In this document: one piece after another, positions 26,272-39,954 of the stretch
How the letters are laid out: each line of letters opens with the position of its first letter
How positions within the stretch are numbered: position 1 is the stretch's first letter
Source: Octopus sinensis
Taxonomy: Eukaryota
Assembly: GCF_006345805.1 (NCBI RefSeq)
Contig: NC_043011.1
Coordinates: 50,542,464-50,606,463 of the forward strand
Direction: 5' to 3'
DNA length: 64,000 nt
Program-made: the position numbers and the translations under genes
Notes under the pieces: model-generated
The model's database searches: none
What the model was told of the DNA's origin: nothing
What the model saw: the letters and a program-made list of their open reading frames with translations, nothing else

Positions 26272-26574
26272 TGTGTATGTGTGCGCGTGTGTGTGAGTGC
26301 CTCTGTGTGTGCATTTGTAAGTGTTCATGTTTGTGTGCTCGGTGTGCATAATTGAAAATAGATTAAAAAGCAACCACGGTTAGATACAAATGCTGGTTTT
26401 ATAATTGCATTGATGTAATGGAAGTTAAAATTTAATTATTTTTATAATTTTAAATATCCTGTTTCTAATTGATATCAATTATGGCATAGAACTAATTCCC
26501 GATTATTTTGTTGACTTAATATACACACATATACAACATAAATTTCACATATCTATATCTATATATCTATATAT

Positions 26575-26619
<45 letters not shown>

Positions 26620-26621
<2 letters not shown>

Positions 26622-27040
26622 ATAATAAATATTAGGGAATAAATCCAAATTTACAGGGAAAAATCAGATTTAGGATTAAATCCAATTTTATAGTAAAATA
26701 TTATATAATATTAATTAGAGACAAAACCACTATTTTGCAAAACAAACAAGGAAAGACTTAATCAATACATAAAATTTTAATAAAAAGTCAAAAAAACCGC
26801 CACTACAATTGTTTCTTGTCCTGATCGACAATCTTCAGGTGGACTTCCAATAAGTCAGTTTCAAATTATGAAGTCATTTGAAACTGACTTATTGGAAGTC
26901 CACCTGAAGATTGTCGATCAGGACAAGAAACAATTGTAGTGGCGGTTTTTTTGACTTTTTATTAAAATTTTATGTATTGATTAAGTCTTGCCTTGTTTGT
27001 TTTGCAAAATAGTGGTTTTGTCTCTAATTAATATTATATA
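26620..27040. mobile_element. Penelope-like pLTR fold-back (165-bp arms, 9-nt loop)
   Basis: Arms 26702-26866 and 26876-27040 with one mismatch; same family as about 320-435 and 10345-10440. Confidence 0.85.
26900..26942 (+). ncRNA. Minimal type-I hammerhead ribozyme motif (mirror copy on - strand at 26800-26842)
   Basis: ccac-CTGAAGA-ttgtc(gatcag)gacaa-GAAA-c(aatt)g-TA-gtgg: intact core, 4-bp stem I, 5-bp stem II, palindromic stem III, GUA cleavage triplet. Confidence 0.8.
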
Positions 27041-27472
27041 TATATATATATATATCGCGAAAGTCCCTATATGCATGTGTTATTTATGTATATATATGTA
27101 TGTATGTATATATGTATGCATGCATCTATATATTCATGTCTGCATGCATGTATGTGTGTATGTTTTCATGTGTATATGTATGTTTGTATGTATGTATGTA
27201 TATATACAAGGATACAACTTGTTTGCATCATATTCTGATGAGCATTGGCGAGAAAACAATGAAAATCAATGTGCTTTTTTTTTTCATTTGATCAAAAAAG
27301 TTCATCTATTTATACTCGGTTGCATTTGGGTAGATTTCGAAAAATTATAACCACGGTTGGGTAATACACAAAAGAAAGGGGAAAAGATCCAAAACGTTTA
27401 ATCCACAACTGTTAAAAGAATTCTATTTTGCATTCCAGAACAATAAAAAGAAGGTAAGTCATACATACAAAG

Positions 27473-28000
27473 TCAAATTAGTTGCGGTAAGTCATTTGAG
27501 AGAATGAATCGCAATGGCATGTTGGCTTTGTTCTTGCATGTGGCATGTAGTTCTTGCATGATTCTAATTGCTCGCTCATTGCATTGATTGCTTCTGCTGA
27601 TGTTTAGTTTTGATAGCTCTTGTTTCCAGTGATTTGTCAAGTATTTCAAAGCAGTCTTGTAGTGTAGTAAGCCTTGCGATAGCTCTGCATTATCTTCAGC
27701 TCTATACATTTGGTCACTGAGCCAGTGTTCCGCCCAGTCATATAAGTTGAACTGGCAGACCATCTTCAATCTTTCTCTCATATGTGTCATGAGGAAAAAT
27801 GCAAGAAGGGCATTACTGATGTTCGGAATTTTCTAAAACTTGATGAAAAGTAGGTCTCCGTTTTTATGGAAGAACCTGAAAGCAGAGGTTAAATGGAACA
27901 GAACTTCACATCATCTCTCCAGCCAGATTGATCTTCAATGACATGAGTTCCATTCTGGAAGGAGCCTATTTCTGCCTATGATTTTGTGACAGAGGACTAT
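27473..28000 (-). mobile_element. DNA transposase C-terminal remnant (hAT/hATm-like)
   Basis: ISNALLAFFLM...SNQCNERAIRIMQEL resembles the NDxAERGVxLxxE dimerisation motif; family assignment is from memory. Confidence 0.5.
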
Positions 28001-28182
28001 CACGCAGAAAATATGCGGTTTCCGATTCCTATTTTCTGACTGAGTAGACATTATACAATTCTAACCCTCTGAAGCAATTCGGATTCAGTGTTAAAACTTA
28101 CTATACCAAATCGGAGAATGCTCACTTAATTCTAAAATTTATAATTCTGCGACAGCACCCGGAAATATCCATATATATATAT

Positions 28183-28230
<48 letters not shown>

Positions 28231-28659
28231 ATCAAAGGGTAATTGATATATTAGAAATTTCCATTATCAGTGGCATAGCGTGTAGAAATTTAGTCAATAA
28301 ACTATATATTATTCATATAAATACAGTGTACATTTAAACACATAAGAGGTATCCATCATAGAACTAACTGCACGCTAGAGAGGACAGTTAAATTCTAAAC
28401 CACTATTAGGGATAAAATTTCGAAGGGAACGAAAAATAAAAACATTTGCCATCTAACTCCTGGTCCAATGGTTTCAGATGGCTACCTCATGTGTGTTGAA
28501 ATGTACAATGTATGTATGTATATATATAGGTCTTAAAAAAAGTAAATAAAGTTGGTAAAAGCACAGAAGTATGTTTCAGAGAATGTTTAATAAAATATTA
28601 TCGGTTTCGATGTATTCATCTTATCAAATATTAGAAATATTAGAAAGAATTTTGGTGGG

Positions 28660-29447
28660 TGTCAGAGAGGAAAAATATTTTTGGTGGGGTTTAACAGTTT
28701 GTGCTCAAATACACATTTTGAAAGAAATACAGAAGATGTTAAGGATAATACAGCATCGTGGGTATGGCTTGAGTGAGGTGATTTGAAGCGTACCACTGAA
28801 AGCCTGATCATTACTGCACAAGACCAGGCTCTCGCTACCAATTCAGTGAAGTATAATATCTATAAGACTTCTGACACCCAGAAAGCAGACTCTGTGGAAA
28901 GAGTGTGGAAAATGTGACCCACTTGGTAGATGGATGTGAGAGCCTTGCAAAAAAAGAATGCAATCGGCGCCAAGATAAAATGTGTGTGTATCTTCATTGG
29001 CTCTTATGCCGTAAATATGAAGTAACAGGGAACTGGCATGAGCATGTACCAAGTAGAGTTATGCAGGAGGATGGAAAAGTAACGATACTCTAGGACTATG
29101 ATTTTCAAACGAATCGTGTAATCGAACACCGTGGGCCGGATATTTTCATATTGAATAAGAGAGACATATACTGTCGGATCATTGATGTAGCCATACCAAA
29201 AGACATGAATGTTGTGAGTAAAGAGGTCGAAAAAAATCACCAAGTACTCCGAATTGAAAGTGGAAATAGCAAGACTGTATGGAACATGAGAGGGTAATGT
29301 AAAAGTGATACCAGTGGTGATCGGAGCACATTCCTATTGAAACTTCAAAACTTCTTAAGGCAACTGGAAATCCCATGCAAGATTGATGTCTTACAAAAAG
29401 CAGCCTGATTGGGCACAGCGTACATCTTAAGGGAAGTATTATCTGTT
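28660..29447 (+). mobile_element. R4/Dong-clade non-LTR retrotransposon 3' end (CCHC plus restriction-like endonuclease), degenerate
   Basis: TESLIITAQDQAL, LCGKSVENVTHLVDGC, RGPDIFI...IIDVAIP...EK.TKY, VIPVVIGA, LQKAA.LGTAYILR. Confidence 0.9.
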
Positions 29448-29710
29448 GTGACTTGACAGACGCTGCATTTTTACCTACACTGTGTTACGAAGGGATAAGA
29501 ATAATAATGGTTTCAAATTTTGCCACAAGGGCAACAATTTGTGAGGAGAAAGTAAATCGATTACATTGACCCCTGCGTTCAGCTGGCACTTCTTCCAACG
29601 ATCTCGAAATAACGAAAGGCGTAATCGACCTCGGTGATATAACGACCGAAATGCCGCTAATCATTTTATCCGGCACGCTAACGACTTTGCCAGCTAGCCG
29701 TAATAATAAT

Positions 29711-30058
29711 CCGGGATCCGGGACCCCCTTCGGTCACGACACTGACCATGGGATTGCACCTAGAAAGTTACCCTCCTAGTCACAAGTCTGGGTATGGTTG
29801 TTTATGGAAGACCAGCAGTCGCCCATGCATACCGGCCTCCCCTCTCCACGCCACCAGTGTTATCCAAGGGAAAGACAAAGGCCGATACAGCTTGGCACTC
29901 GTGACGTCGCAACTCATTTCTACAGCTGAGTGAATTGGAGCAACGTGAAATAAAGTGTCTTGCTCAAGAACACAACACGCAGCCCGGTCCAGGATTCGAG
30001 CTCACAACCTCACGATCGTAAGCTCGACGCTCTAACCACTGAGCCATGCGCCTTCACA
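29711..30058 (-). mobile_element. tRNA-derived SINE inserted in (TAA)n
   Basis: Reverse complement of the 39072-39406 family. Confidence 0.9.
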
Positions 30059-30542
30059 TAATAATAATAATAGTAATAATAAAATATATATGGCTGTGTG
30101 TGTGTGTGCATACATGTATGTAGGAGTGTGTATGTGTACGTACATATATTGTTAAGTCGAGAGTTCATGTACACGATCGGTGTAAAGTCTTTACGGTAAC
30201 CATATACTTATGACAGTAACTACATAGACATTATGAAATATAACTCTTTACTTAAATATGTATTGAATCTAACTAATCTGAATATCTATATATTTCTCTG
30301 GCTAGCAGGCGTCTACTTACTGCTTCAGCCTGTGTCGTCTGTCTCTCTCCGCTAACACACATAGGTTTATGTAACAGTCTGTCTTATATTAATGTACCTA
30401 CTCAAAAATTCTTATCATCAAGACGATAGAATACAAATCTGTGGTAAATCTAGGAAACCTGTTTACGGGATGGATTATTACTCAATGCATATAAAATATG
30501 TATTAAAAACAGCAAGTACTTATTCGCAGTAACATACGCATG

Positions 30543-30600
<58 letters not shown>

Positions 30601-30601
<1 letters not shown>

Positions 30602-31030
30602 TATCCCTTTTGCAACATCCTTGTAACGTAAGATCGGTCTACCCACAGACCTAGTACCACTAGCAAGCTCTCCGTAGAGTATGTTTGCAAAAGGGATATG
30701 AAGACCTGCAACATCAATATTAGCGGTTGGGAGGCAGTTGCCGGCAACCGTGGAGAATGGCGACGTACCGTAAAAGAGGGAATACAAAGGAGTGACAGAG
30801 AGAGAGAGGAGAAATGGAAAGAAAAGAAGAGACGTCAATAAGAGACTATGGCATTACAACCAGCCAGGAACAGTCTTCGCTACATTTGCGGTACCTGCCA
30901 GAGGGAGTGTTTGTCAAGGATAGGACTACACAGCCACAGCAGGAAATGTATCAGGACATGAAATATAAAAGCCGGACTAGACTATTTCATGCGCAACTCC
31001 ATTGTCTCCCGAGACAGAAAGGATGCCAAT
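30601..31030 (+). mobile_element. RTE-clade LINE 3' end with inverted 5' segment
   Basis: Minus 30601-30690 ILYGELASGTRSVGRPILRYKDV; plus 30685 onward DMKTCNINISGWEAVAGNRGEWRRTVKEG...YICGTCQRECLSRIGLHSHSRKC. Confidence 0.88.
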
Positions 31031-31079
31031 ACAATACAATATATATATATATACAAATATATATGCACATATACATATA

Positions 31080-31297
31080 CAGTAATCCCTCGGAATCGCG
31101 AATGTTACGTTCCAAACCACCCTATGATAGGTGAAAATCTACGAAGTAGAAACAGAACTTATATTTTTTCATTATTCTTATAATTTGTATAAATTTATTT
31201 TATCATAAATGCGAAATAACACCACTGATAAATCGACGAAAGCTTAACAAACCGCAACAGATGAACCGCGGTGTGTAAACCGTGATAGATGAACCAG
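31080..31297 (+). mobile_element. pogo/Tigger-like MITE 5' fragment
   Basis: TA + cagtaatccctcggaatcgcg TIR-like start; right TIR not found. Confidence 0.45.
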
Positions 31298-31469
31298 TAA
31301 GAATTACAATTACACTTCATGGTCTTGCTTTTCTTAATTCTTTTGTATTCATTAGTTTAAGGGAGAGAGAATAGTTATATGGATGTGGTCGTATTTCTTT
31401 TTATTAAGATTCCAGACGTTTTTGATTTAGCTGTGTATAGATGTATTTAAATATATATATATTAACAAC

Positions 31470-31523
<54 letters not shown>

Positions 31524-31668
31524 GTTGTTATTTGACGTTGTTGAAAAGCTGGTCACTTTCACTTTGTACCCAGAGCAATAGCCTTTGACCTCAATAGGCA
31601 ATAAATACTGGAGACGAAATTCCTTCTGTACCCAAAACGAGGCACATACATACATACATACACGAACA

Positions 31669-31714
<46 letters not shown>

Positions 31715-31759
31715 AGTGTGTCTGTGTGTGTGTATGTCTGTGTGAGTGTGTATAAATGG

Positions 31760-32530
31760 ATACAGATATTGTTTGCTCACTATCCCCAAGAATCTCAATT
31801 CATTCGTTGCAACTGGCTGTCATCGCGGCTTCCTCAGTTATCTCAAAGTCAGTCTACTTGATGTCTCTTCACGATGCACTGCATGATTCACCGACAACAT
31901 TTTGTTGCACGAAACCTCAGTGGCCGTCTTCACTATTCCCTAAATACGGTCCTCACCGCTGTGAATAAAATCAAATCTCATGCTCTGAACTCTCGCTTGT
32001 TTCAACAGATTTGCTTTGAAAACGACGAAGACTCAAATCTTGCTGCTCCACACAGAGGTGAGGTGGTTTTCACGGGGAAATTGTCTGTATCGCTTTGATG
32101 CTTTGTTTGATTCAGTAACGAAGTTCTTTGATACTGCCTTTTCAGAACTTAGAGTGAGGCTTAAAAGTATAAAGAATGATATTGCATACTTGTTTGACTT
32201 ATTCACTAAATTCAACGAAGTGAATAAGAAGCTGTAAGGAGATGGTGTTAATCTCATCGAAGTTAAGTCAACCATTTGAACATTTCAAGCGAAACTTGAT
32301 ACGTATAAGCGCAATACTGTACGCAGGGAATTATTCCAGCTTCCCTGCTTGACTGGTTTTGTAAAGGACGGAAAACCTGCAGACGAGGATCTGCTTGTCT
32401 TTTGCTCCCACCTCACCAAACTGCACGAAGATATGGAGAATCGATTTCAAGATCTGTTTGCTCTTCGTGTTCCTGACTGGATTGTCAACCTCTTCATTGA
32501 CATCGGGGAAGAATGGAATAGAAGCCTAAA
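31760..32530 (+). mobile_element. hAT (Charlie/Buster-type) transposase remnant
   Basis: HCMIHRQH, LLLHTEVRWFSRGNCL, IAYLFDLFTKFNEVNKKL, HLTKLHEDMENRFQDL. Confidence 0.9.
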
Positions 32531-32619
32531 TTCCGCAAGTGCTACATACATACATACATACATACATACATAATGAAGACTAAGCAGACCGAAATACTGA
32601 ACTTACTATCAGCACATTC

Positions 32620-33005
32620 TCTTTACTCTTTTACTCTTTTACTAGTTTCAGTCATTTGACTGCGGCCATGCTGGAGCACCGCCTTTAGTCGATCAAATCG
32701 ACCCCGGGACTTATTCTTTGTAAGCCCAGTACTTATTCTATAGGTCTCTTTTGCCGAACCGCTAATTGACGGGGACGTAAACACACCAGCATCGGTTGTC
32801 AAGCAATGCTAGGGGGACAAACACAGACACACAAACACACACATATATATATACATATATACGACAGGCTTCTTTCAGTTTCCGTCTACCAAATCCACCC
32901 ACAAGGCATTGGTCGGCCCGGGGCTATAGCAGAAGACGCTTGCCCAAGATGCCACGCAGTGGGACTAAACCCGGAACCATGTGGTTGGTTAGCAAGCTAC
33001 TTACC
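32620..33005 (-). mobile_element. tRNA-derived SINE (19797 family)
   Basis: Near-complete reverse complement of 19797-20198. Confidence 0.92.
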
Positions 33006-33554
33006 AAAAATTAATAAACATGTGCTCTAAAAAACAATAATTTATAATCCTTAAGTTTAATGTAAAATTCTTCCTATTGTAACTCGGCATACAACCAAGC
33101 ATTAATATAAACACAAGCACATACACACACACAAACACACAGACACACACACACAGACACACACACACAAATATTCACACACGCACATATATATATATAC
33201 CTATATCTATATAAATACATATATATTTATATACATACATCTATATATACGTATATATATATGTATGTATATATATATATGCACACCAACATGCATACAT
33301 ATATATGTATACATAGATATGTGCGTGTATATATATATTCATATCTAAAAGCTATGTACAAAACAGTCTTACATATGTGCTCTTATTAAAAATTCAATTC
33401 AATTATTCAAAATATTATCACACGAAAGTAATTTACCTCCAATTAATATCAATTAGAGCATGGAAATCATTTCTGATTTTTTCTATAAAAGAACTTTTCA
33501 TACATGTTTGTTTGCATGTGTGTGTACAGATATATTACATACACATATATATAT

Positions 33555-33587
<33 letters not shown>

Positions 33588-34211
33588 ATAATATATATAT
33601 ATATAATAAATATATATATAGGCTTACAAAGAAAAGTCCTGGGGTCGATTGATCGACTAAGGCGTGGTGCTCCAGCATGGGCACAGTCCATGACTGAAAC
33701 AAGTAAAAGAGTAAAAGAGTAATAATATATATATATATGTATTATATATATATATATAATATATATATATATATATAATATATATATCTATATTATATAT
33801 ATATATAACATATATATATATATATATATAACTTATAAAATAAGGGCGTATTTATCGCTTAGGAGAAAATTCTTATGAATTAACTCTGAAATTGGGACCA
33901 TACGGTAATAACGGATTTTTTTAGAAATTTCTATCTGTTTGTTTCGAGACGCATGTTAATTGTGATAAATTATAATGGTTATTGACAATTTGTCTATTTT
34001 CGGCATATTTGGCACTAGAATTTTTTTCTTTTGCCCTTATTTTATAAAGTTATTTATAAATTTAACCTTTAAAGGTATTTTTTAATATGCTGGCCATTGA
34101 TAAAAGTTTTTTCGAAAATTTTATCCTATTTTAGATGTATATATATATATGCACACCATAATATATGTGTATGTGTGTATTTATAGATATATATATGTGT
34201 GTGTGTACATA

Positions 34212-34252
<41 letters not shown>

Positions 34253-34282
34253 TATAGTATATATATATATATATATATATAT

Positions 34283-35790
34283 GTTCGGGATGCGTAATTA
34301 TTTGAGGACATAACTTTTGGGGTTATTGCTGCATTTTTTGCTAACTCTGTATAATCTTTGTTTCAGAAAATAATAATGCCAGAATCTAGGCTTACCCAAG
34401 AAATGAAGAGTCGTGTTGGTATTGTGCTTATAAAGGCGGAACATAGCGATTTACAAATATCTCGATTTTTAAATTTTGTCACATCTTTAACCTACAAAGT
34501 TTGTAAGGAGCGAGAGACTGAAGACAAAAACATATCACCAGTATCAAATCATAAAAAGTATTCTAAACACTCTGAAGTCTTCAGAACACCTGAATTTATT
34601 CAGCAAGTTCAACAGACCATTAATTACAATCCCAGACAGACCATGAAGTCAATTGCAAAATAGCTCCATGTGTCAGAAGGAACAGTCAGAAATGTTGTCC
34701 GCGAAGACATCAGATATAAGTCTTATACGATGTGGAGCGGTCAATTTGTCAGGAAAACCAAAAGAAAATCACTACATCAGATCTAAAAGGATCTTAATCA
34801 AATTGAAAAATCCAGCAGAAGAAGATTTGATTTAGTTTTTTCTAAAACAAGAAATACTTCAACTAAGATCAAAAAGTTAACAAAACAAATGATAGATGGT
34901 CATGTGCAAACCCTTCTGCTGTTCTAAGTGTTAAGCATACAAAATTTCCTGCAATTGACACGGTTTTAAGGGTTGTCAGCAATGAAGGATATCTGATGAC
35001 TCCTTACTTCTTTCCGCAAGGCCTTAGAATTAACTCTGCCGCCCACATTGAGGTCCTGGAAATAATTGTTAAGCACTGGATAGACAGTGTATGCAATGGA
35101 AGGCCATATGTGTTTCAGTAAGACTCAGCACTATCATACATGGCTCTAGTAACACAGGAATGGATGGCTGAAAATTTTCATGATCACATAACCCCTAACA
35201 TTTGGCCTCCTAATACCCCAGATCTCAATCCATTGGACTATTACATGTGGAGCGTTGTTGAGAAAGAGGTCAATGAAAGATTCTTTGAAAGCTGCCTTAG
35301 TCAGAATTAAAAAGACTCCGCCGGTTACGACGACGAGGGTCCCAGCTGATACGATCAACGGAACAGCTTGCTCGTGAAATTAACGTGCAAATGGCTGAGC
35401 ATTCCACAGACACGTGTACCCTTAACGTAGTTCTCGGGGATAATCAGCGTGACACAGAGAGTGACAAGGCTGACCCTTTGAAATACAAGTACAACTCATT
35501 TTTGCCAGCTGAGTGGACTGGAGCAAGGTGAAATAAAGTGTCTTGCTCAAGGACACAACGCGTCGCCGGGAATCGAACTCACAACCTTACGATCATGAGC
35601 CGAATGCCCTAACCACTAAGCCACGCGCCCTCACATAGTCAGAATAATGTCTATAATGAACCAGGACCTCTTATTTCGAGCATGTAGATGGTTTAGGTCT
35701 CATATGGAAGCAGATGTTGATGCTGAAGTTGGCTTTATTGAATAGCATTATAGAAACGGTATATTTTTATCCTCATAGCATTTTTTGATA
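34283..35790 (+). mobile_element. maT/DD37D-like Tc1/mariner transposon remnant interrupted by a SINE
   Basis: RTPEFIQQVQ...LHVSEGTVRNVVREDIRYKSY, WPPNTPDLNPLDYYMWSVVE; second copy at 42700-43635. Confidence 0.85.
35308..35635 (-). mobile_element. tRNA-derived SINE with 10-bp TSD
   Basis: TSD tagtcagaat at 35298-35307 and 35636-35645; the second transposon copy is uninterrupted near 43470. Confidence 0.92.
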
Positions 35791-36901
35791 ACTAGTTATT
35801 ATCTGCTATTATATATCTATTTTTATATGCATAAATATATCCTAAAATATCTTATGCACCTTGTATGTATGTATGTATGTATGTATGTATGTATGTATGC
35901 ATGTATGAATTATATATGTATGTGTGTATGCATGTATGCATGTACTATGTTTGTATATATGCATGCATGTACGTATGCATATATGTATGTATTATGGGCA
36001 AATCATATGTACGTTAATATGTGTGTGAGTGTGTGTGAGTGTGTGTGTGTGCGCGCGTGTGTGTGTGTGCATGTGTGTATACATATACAAACTCATCAGT
36101 CCTTTGGACGGAGTAATTTATTATAATGGCGCACGACTTTGGACGGTTTAAGGTGAATTCGCCTGCAATTAGAAGTCGTTTCAAGTTGATAAACTTAAAA
36201 TGTATATTTACCAATTTTGTTGGCAGTTAATTATATGATAAAGAATTGAGTTTTTCGAACACAAATTTGGCAGTTAGTAAGAAATGAAAGCCCATGAAAT
36301 GAGATCGCAATTGCAGTAGGCATTAGGGATCCTATATCTTACCTTAAGCGTTCTGTAGCATGTGGTTATTTTTCTCGTGATGCATGACACAACCGCATTG
36401 AAGCTTATTTCAATAAAAGTTATGTATGATAAACTAAAGCAAACATTTATAACAAATGCACAAATAGAATAATAGCATGTACAAAAATAAATGTCAAGAT
36501 TAATAGCGTATGACCTTGCAGGTGGGGCCCAGTTAGAATTTTCTTCACGTCGAGTAGCCCATCCCGCTCAAAAGGTCCTTGAAGAAGGGTTGTTTAAGGA
36601 TGTTTCACGAAACACCCATGTTTCCAGAGATGAATTATCCAAACCCCAAAGAATTCCTCTCAACACGTGGCTATGATGCACCCCCACTACTTCTGCTCGT
36701 GATCAGAGATGCACATATCGTCAGCCATGAAGGGACATGCTCAGCTGGTTATGGTCAAACAACTGACAAGCAAATCTGTAGTACTGAGCAGAATATTTGC
36801 TGTATCCCATCTTTTATACCAAGACAAAACAATGTACATAACACTTCCAATCAGTTAAGATGAAAAGTCATGAAAGCCACGGCCTGGTACTGCATTATTG
36901 C

Positions 36902-36967
<66 letters not shown>

Positions 36968-36985
36968 TATTATTATTACTATTAC

Positions 36986-37037
<52 letters not shown>

Positions 37038-37068
37038 ACACACATATTATTATAGACAGATCATAGAG

Positions 37069-37102
<34 letters not shown>

Positions 37103-37116
37103 TAGATAGATAGATA

Positions 37117-37172
<56 letters not shown>

Positions 37173-38695
37173 TAGATAGATAGATAGAAGATAGATAGAT
37201 AGAAGATAGATATATAACTACAAACCTTATTTTCATTGTTTCATGTCTCGACATTTCATCTATGTTTGTGCCTCAAGGCTTTCACTGCACATGTCACCTC
37301 AACTTAAATTAACCTTATTAGTCGAAAGATACTCTTGTTATTCTTTTGTTGTTTGTATTTGTAATCGTGTAACATTTTCTCTGTTTTCTCGTTTTTTTTT
37401 CTGTGTTTTCGTGCACATTCGCTTGCTTTCTTCCGAAAGTTTAATGCTCTTAGCTTGGATTTTTGGGGCCTACCAATTTTTAACAGTCTCGAGTATAACA
37501 AGCCGAAACTGTAATGATAATTGGAAGCTTGACTGATGAACAGAGCACCACAACATGATCCGTCCTGCTCTTTCCTGTCAGTCTTTGTATCGTCTATTTC
37601 TGTCTGTATGTTTTTATTGTCATCCGTTACATTCTTATTCCGCTTGGGGGATTTATATATAGATACACACACACACACACACATTCATACACACACACAC
37701 ACACACATTCATACACACACACACACACACACTACATATTTATATACACTGGTGGGCCCCGTGTAAATTCCACAGAATGAAAAATTAAGAGGAACTATTT
37801 TAAGAACGAAAGGACGATTTGCATTTTTATGGCACTCGTAATTTAGCTGTCTTTAAATATGCTTGACGTTCATCCACATCCATTTCCTCACGTGTCCATC
37901 GGTGTTGTCTTTTCCCTCTTTTTATTATATCTTCTCCCCGTAATTTTTCACTATCAACCCATCGCCACCACCACCACCACCATCTCTATAATTTTCAGTA
38001 ACAAAGCACATTTCAGTTGAGTTGGGTTTTTTGGGGTGATACATCTCAACTCTGACAATAAGAAACGTTATCTGCTTCTGTCTCTTTCTCTCTCTCTCTC
38101 ATCCTCTCTCTCTCCTCTCTCTCCCCCTCTCTCTCTCTCTCTCTCTCTCTATTTATTTCAGTTTGGAATTTACTGGAACCTACTCTCTTAAATTAAGTCA
38201 ATACTCTGGCTCTGTTAAAAGTTCAAGATATATAGTAACGCTAACACCACACAAAAGAATAATTTTGGTTGAGCTTATACACAATTCAGATGATATCTGA
38301 ACTACAGTTATATCCGAACCTGATAAAGCAGCACCGGTAATTAACACCAAGATGCACACTTTGCAGTTTTCACCGGCTTGCAGCGGAAACGCGCGTAGCT
38401 CCTGACAAATAAAGATGTGATTAACTATATAATAAAACTTAAATGTGTAAATCTTTGTTCTCATGATATTTATTAATTTCCTATTTCTTCTCTACCGGCA
38501 CTATGCAGTCTTTATAAGGACATTTGGATTTACCGAAGTGAGGATCAAGTGAGCAGAGTAAATTTAACTAACCGGAGTTTATCTACATTCAGCACTGTTA
38601 ACCAATAAGAGCGAGCACGGTACCTGCTTGGATTATATATCCCTCTTAACGATTTCTGAAATTTACTTGCGTAATAACCCTCATACTATAGTACT

Positions 38696-38699
<4 letters not shown>

Positions 38700-38733
<34 letters not shown>

Positions 38734-39070
38734 AACATATAACAGGGGTGACCACTACGTGGACATCCATTATGATAGAAGTAGTTCCGCTAGGAATGTT
38801 CTCAAGAAAAGTTACCAAATGCCAGAACGTAAGCGAGCAAGACAAATGAAAATAAACAAAATATAGTTTAATCATAAAGTAGTTTCGCTATTACCACTTA
38901 GGCAAATTACTTACGTAATTGTCCGTAGCTCATCAGTATGATCGTCATTCCATGTAGTATGTATGTAATATAATTTTTTTGAATTTTCAGATTTTAATAT
39001 AGTAGACCACTGGTTTTAAATTGATATGAATCAAATTAATATTCAATTTTTCATCCTTATTATTTTTAAT
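38700..39070 (-). mobile_element. Penelope-like repeat with hammerhead-like motif; related copy at about 41990-42430
   Basis: Shared blocks gttctcaagaaaa, gccagaa.gtaa, tagaccactggttt; motif at 38871-38942. Confidence 0.55.
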
Positions 39071-39071
39071 T

Positions 39072-39406
39072 TGTGAATGCGCATGGCTCAGTGGTTAGAA
39101 CGTAGAGCTTACGATCGTGAAGTTGTGAGTTCGATTCCCGGACTGGGCTGCGTGTTGTGATCTTGAGCAAGACACTTTATTTCACATTGCTCAAGTTCAC
39201 TCAGTTTTAGAAATGAGTTGTGACATCACTGGTGCCAAGCAGTATCGGCATTTGCTTTTCCCTTGGATAACATCAGTGGTGTGCAGAGGGGAGGCTGGTA
39301 TGCATGGGCGACTGCTGGCCTTCCACAAACAACCTTGCCCGGACTTGTACCTCAGAGGGTAACTTTGTAGGTGCAATCCCATGATCATTCATGACCGAAG
39401 GGGTCT
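39072..39406 (+). mobile_element. Full-length tRNA-derived SINE
   Basis: Head ggctcagtggttaga...gagttcgattccc; ends atgaccgaaggggtct. Confidence 0.92.
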
Positions 39407-39954
39407 CTTCCTCCTCCTCCTCCTATTATTTTAAATTTATATATGTGTATATATATATGTGTGTGTGTGTGTACATGCATACATACATGCATACATACAT
39501 ACAAACATACATACATACATACATGCATACATACATACATACATGCATGCATGCATGCATACATACATACATACATACATACATACATACATACATACAT
39601 ACATACATACAGGTATGCATGCATGCATACATACATACATACGTGTACATTCACTATAATTTATCATGAAAATTTCTCGATGTAGACAGCGTAAGAAGGA
39701 TCAAACAACTGAAATACACTGATTTTATTTCGTTTCTGGTTTATTATCATATAATTACATAAATGATTAATTGAGTAATCTGTTAATTGACTGTTTGGTT
39801 TCTCGAAATCCACATCATGTTCCAAGCAAGTGACACATAGCATGGCGTGGGTGCAACAAAGTGTACAGAAGAGGAAAATCATCATCGTTAAAAATAAGAA
39901 CTTCAACAAGCCAATTAATCAATTAATTATCTAAATAATTATGTAATTAATTTA

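Noticed and set aside
38198-38403. Minus-strand acceptor (tttatttgtcag) followed by ELRAFPLQAGENCKVC...
   Set aside because: No convincing donor, no recognisable domain and no phase-compatible partner exon; kept out pending RNA data.
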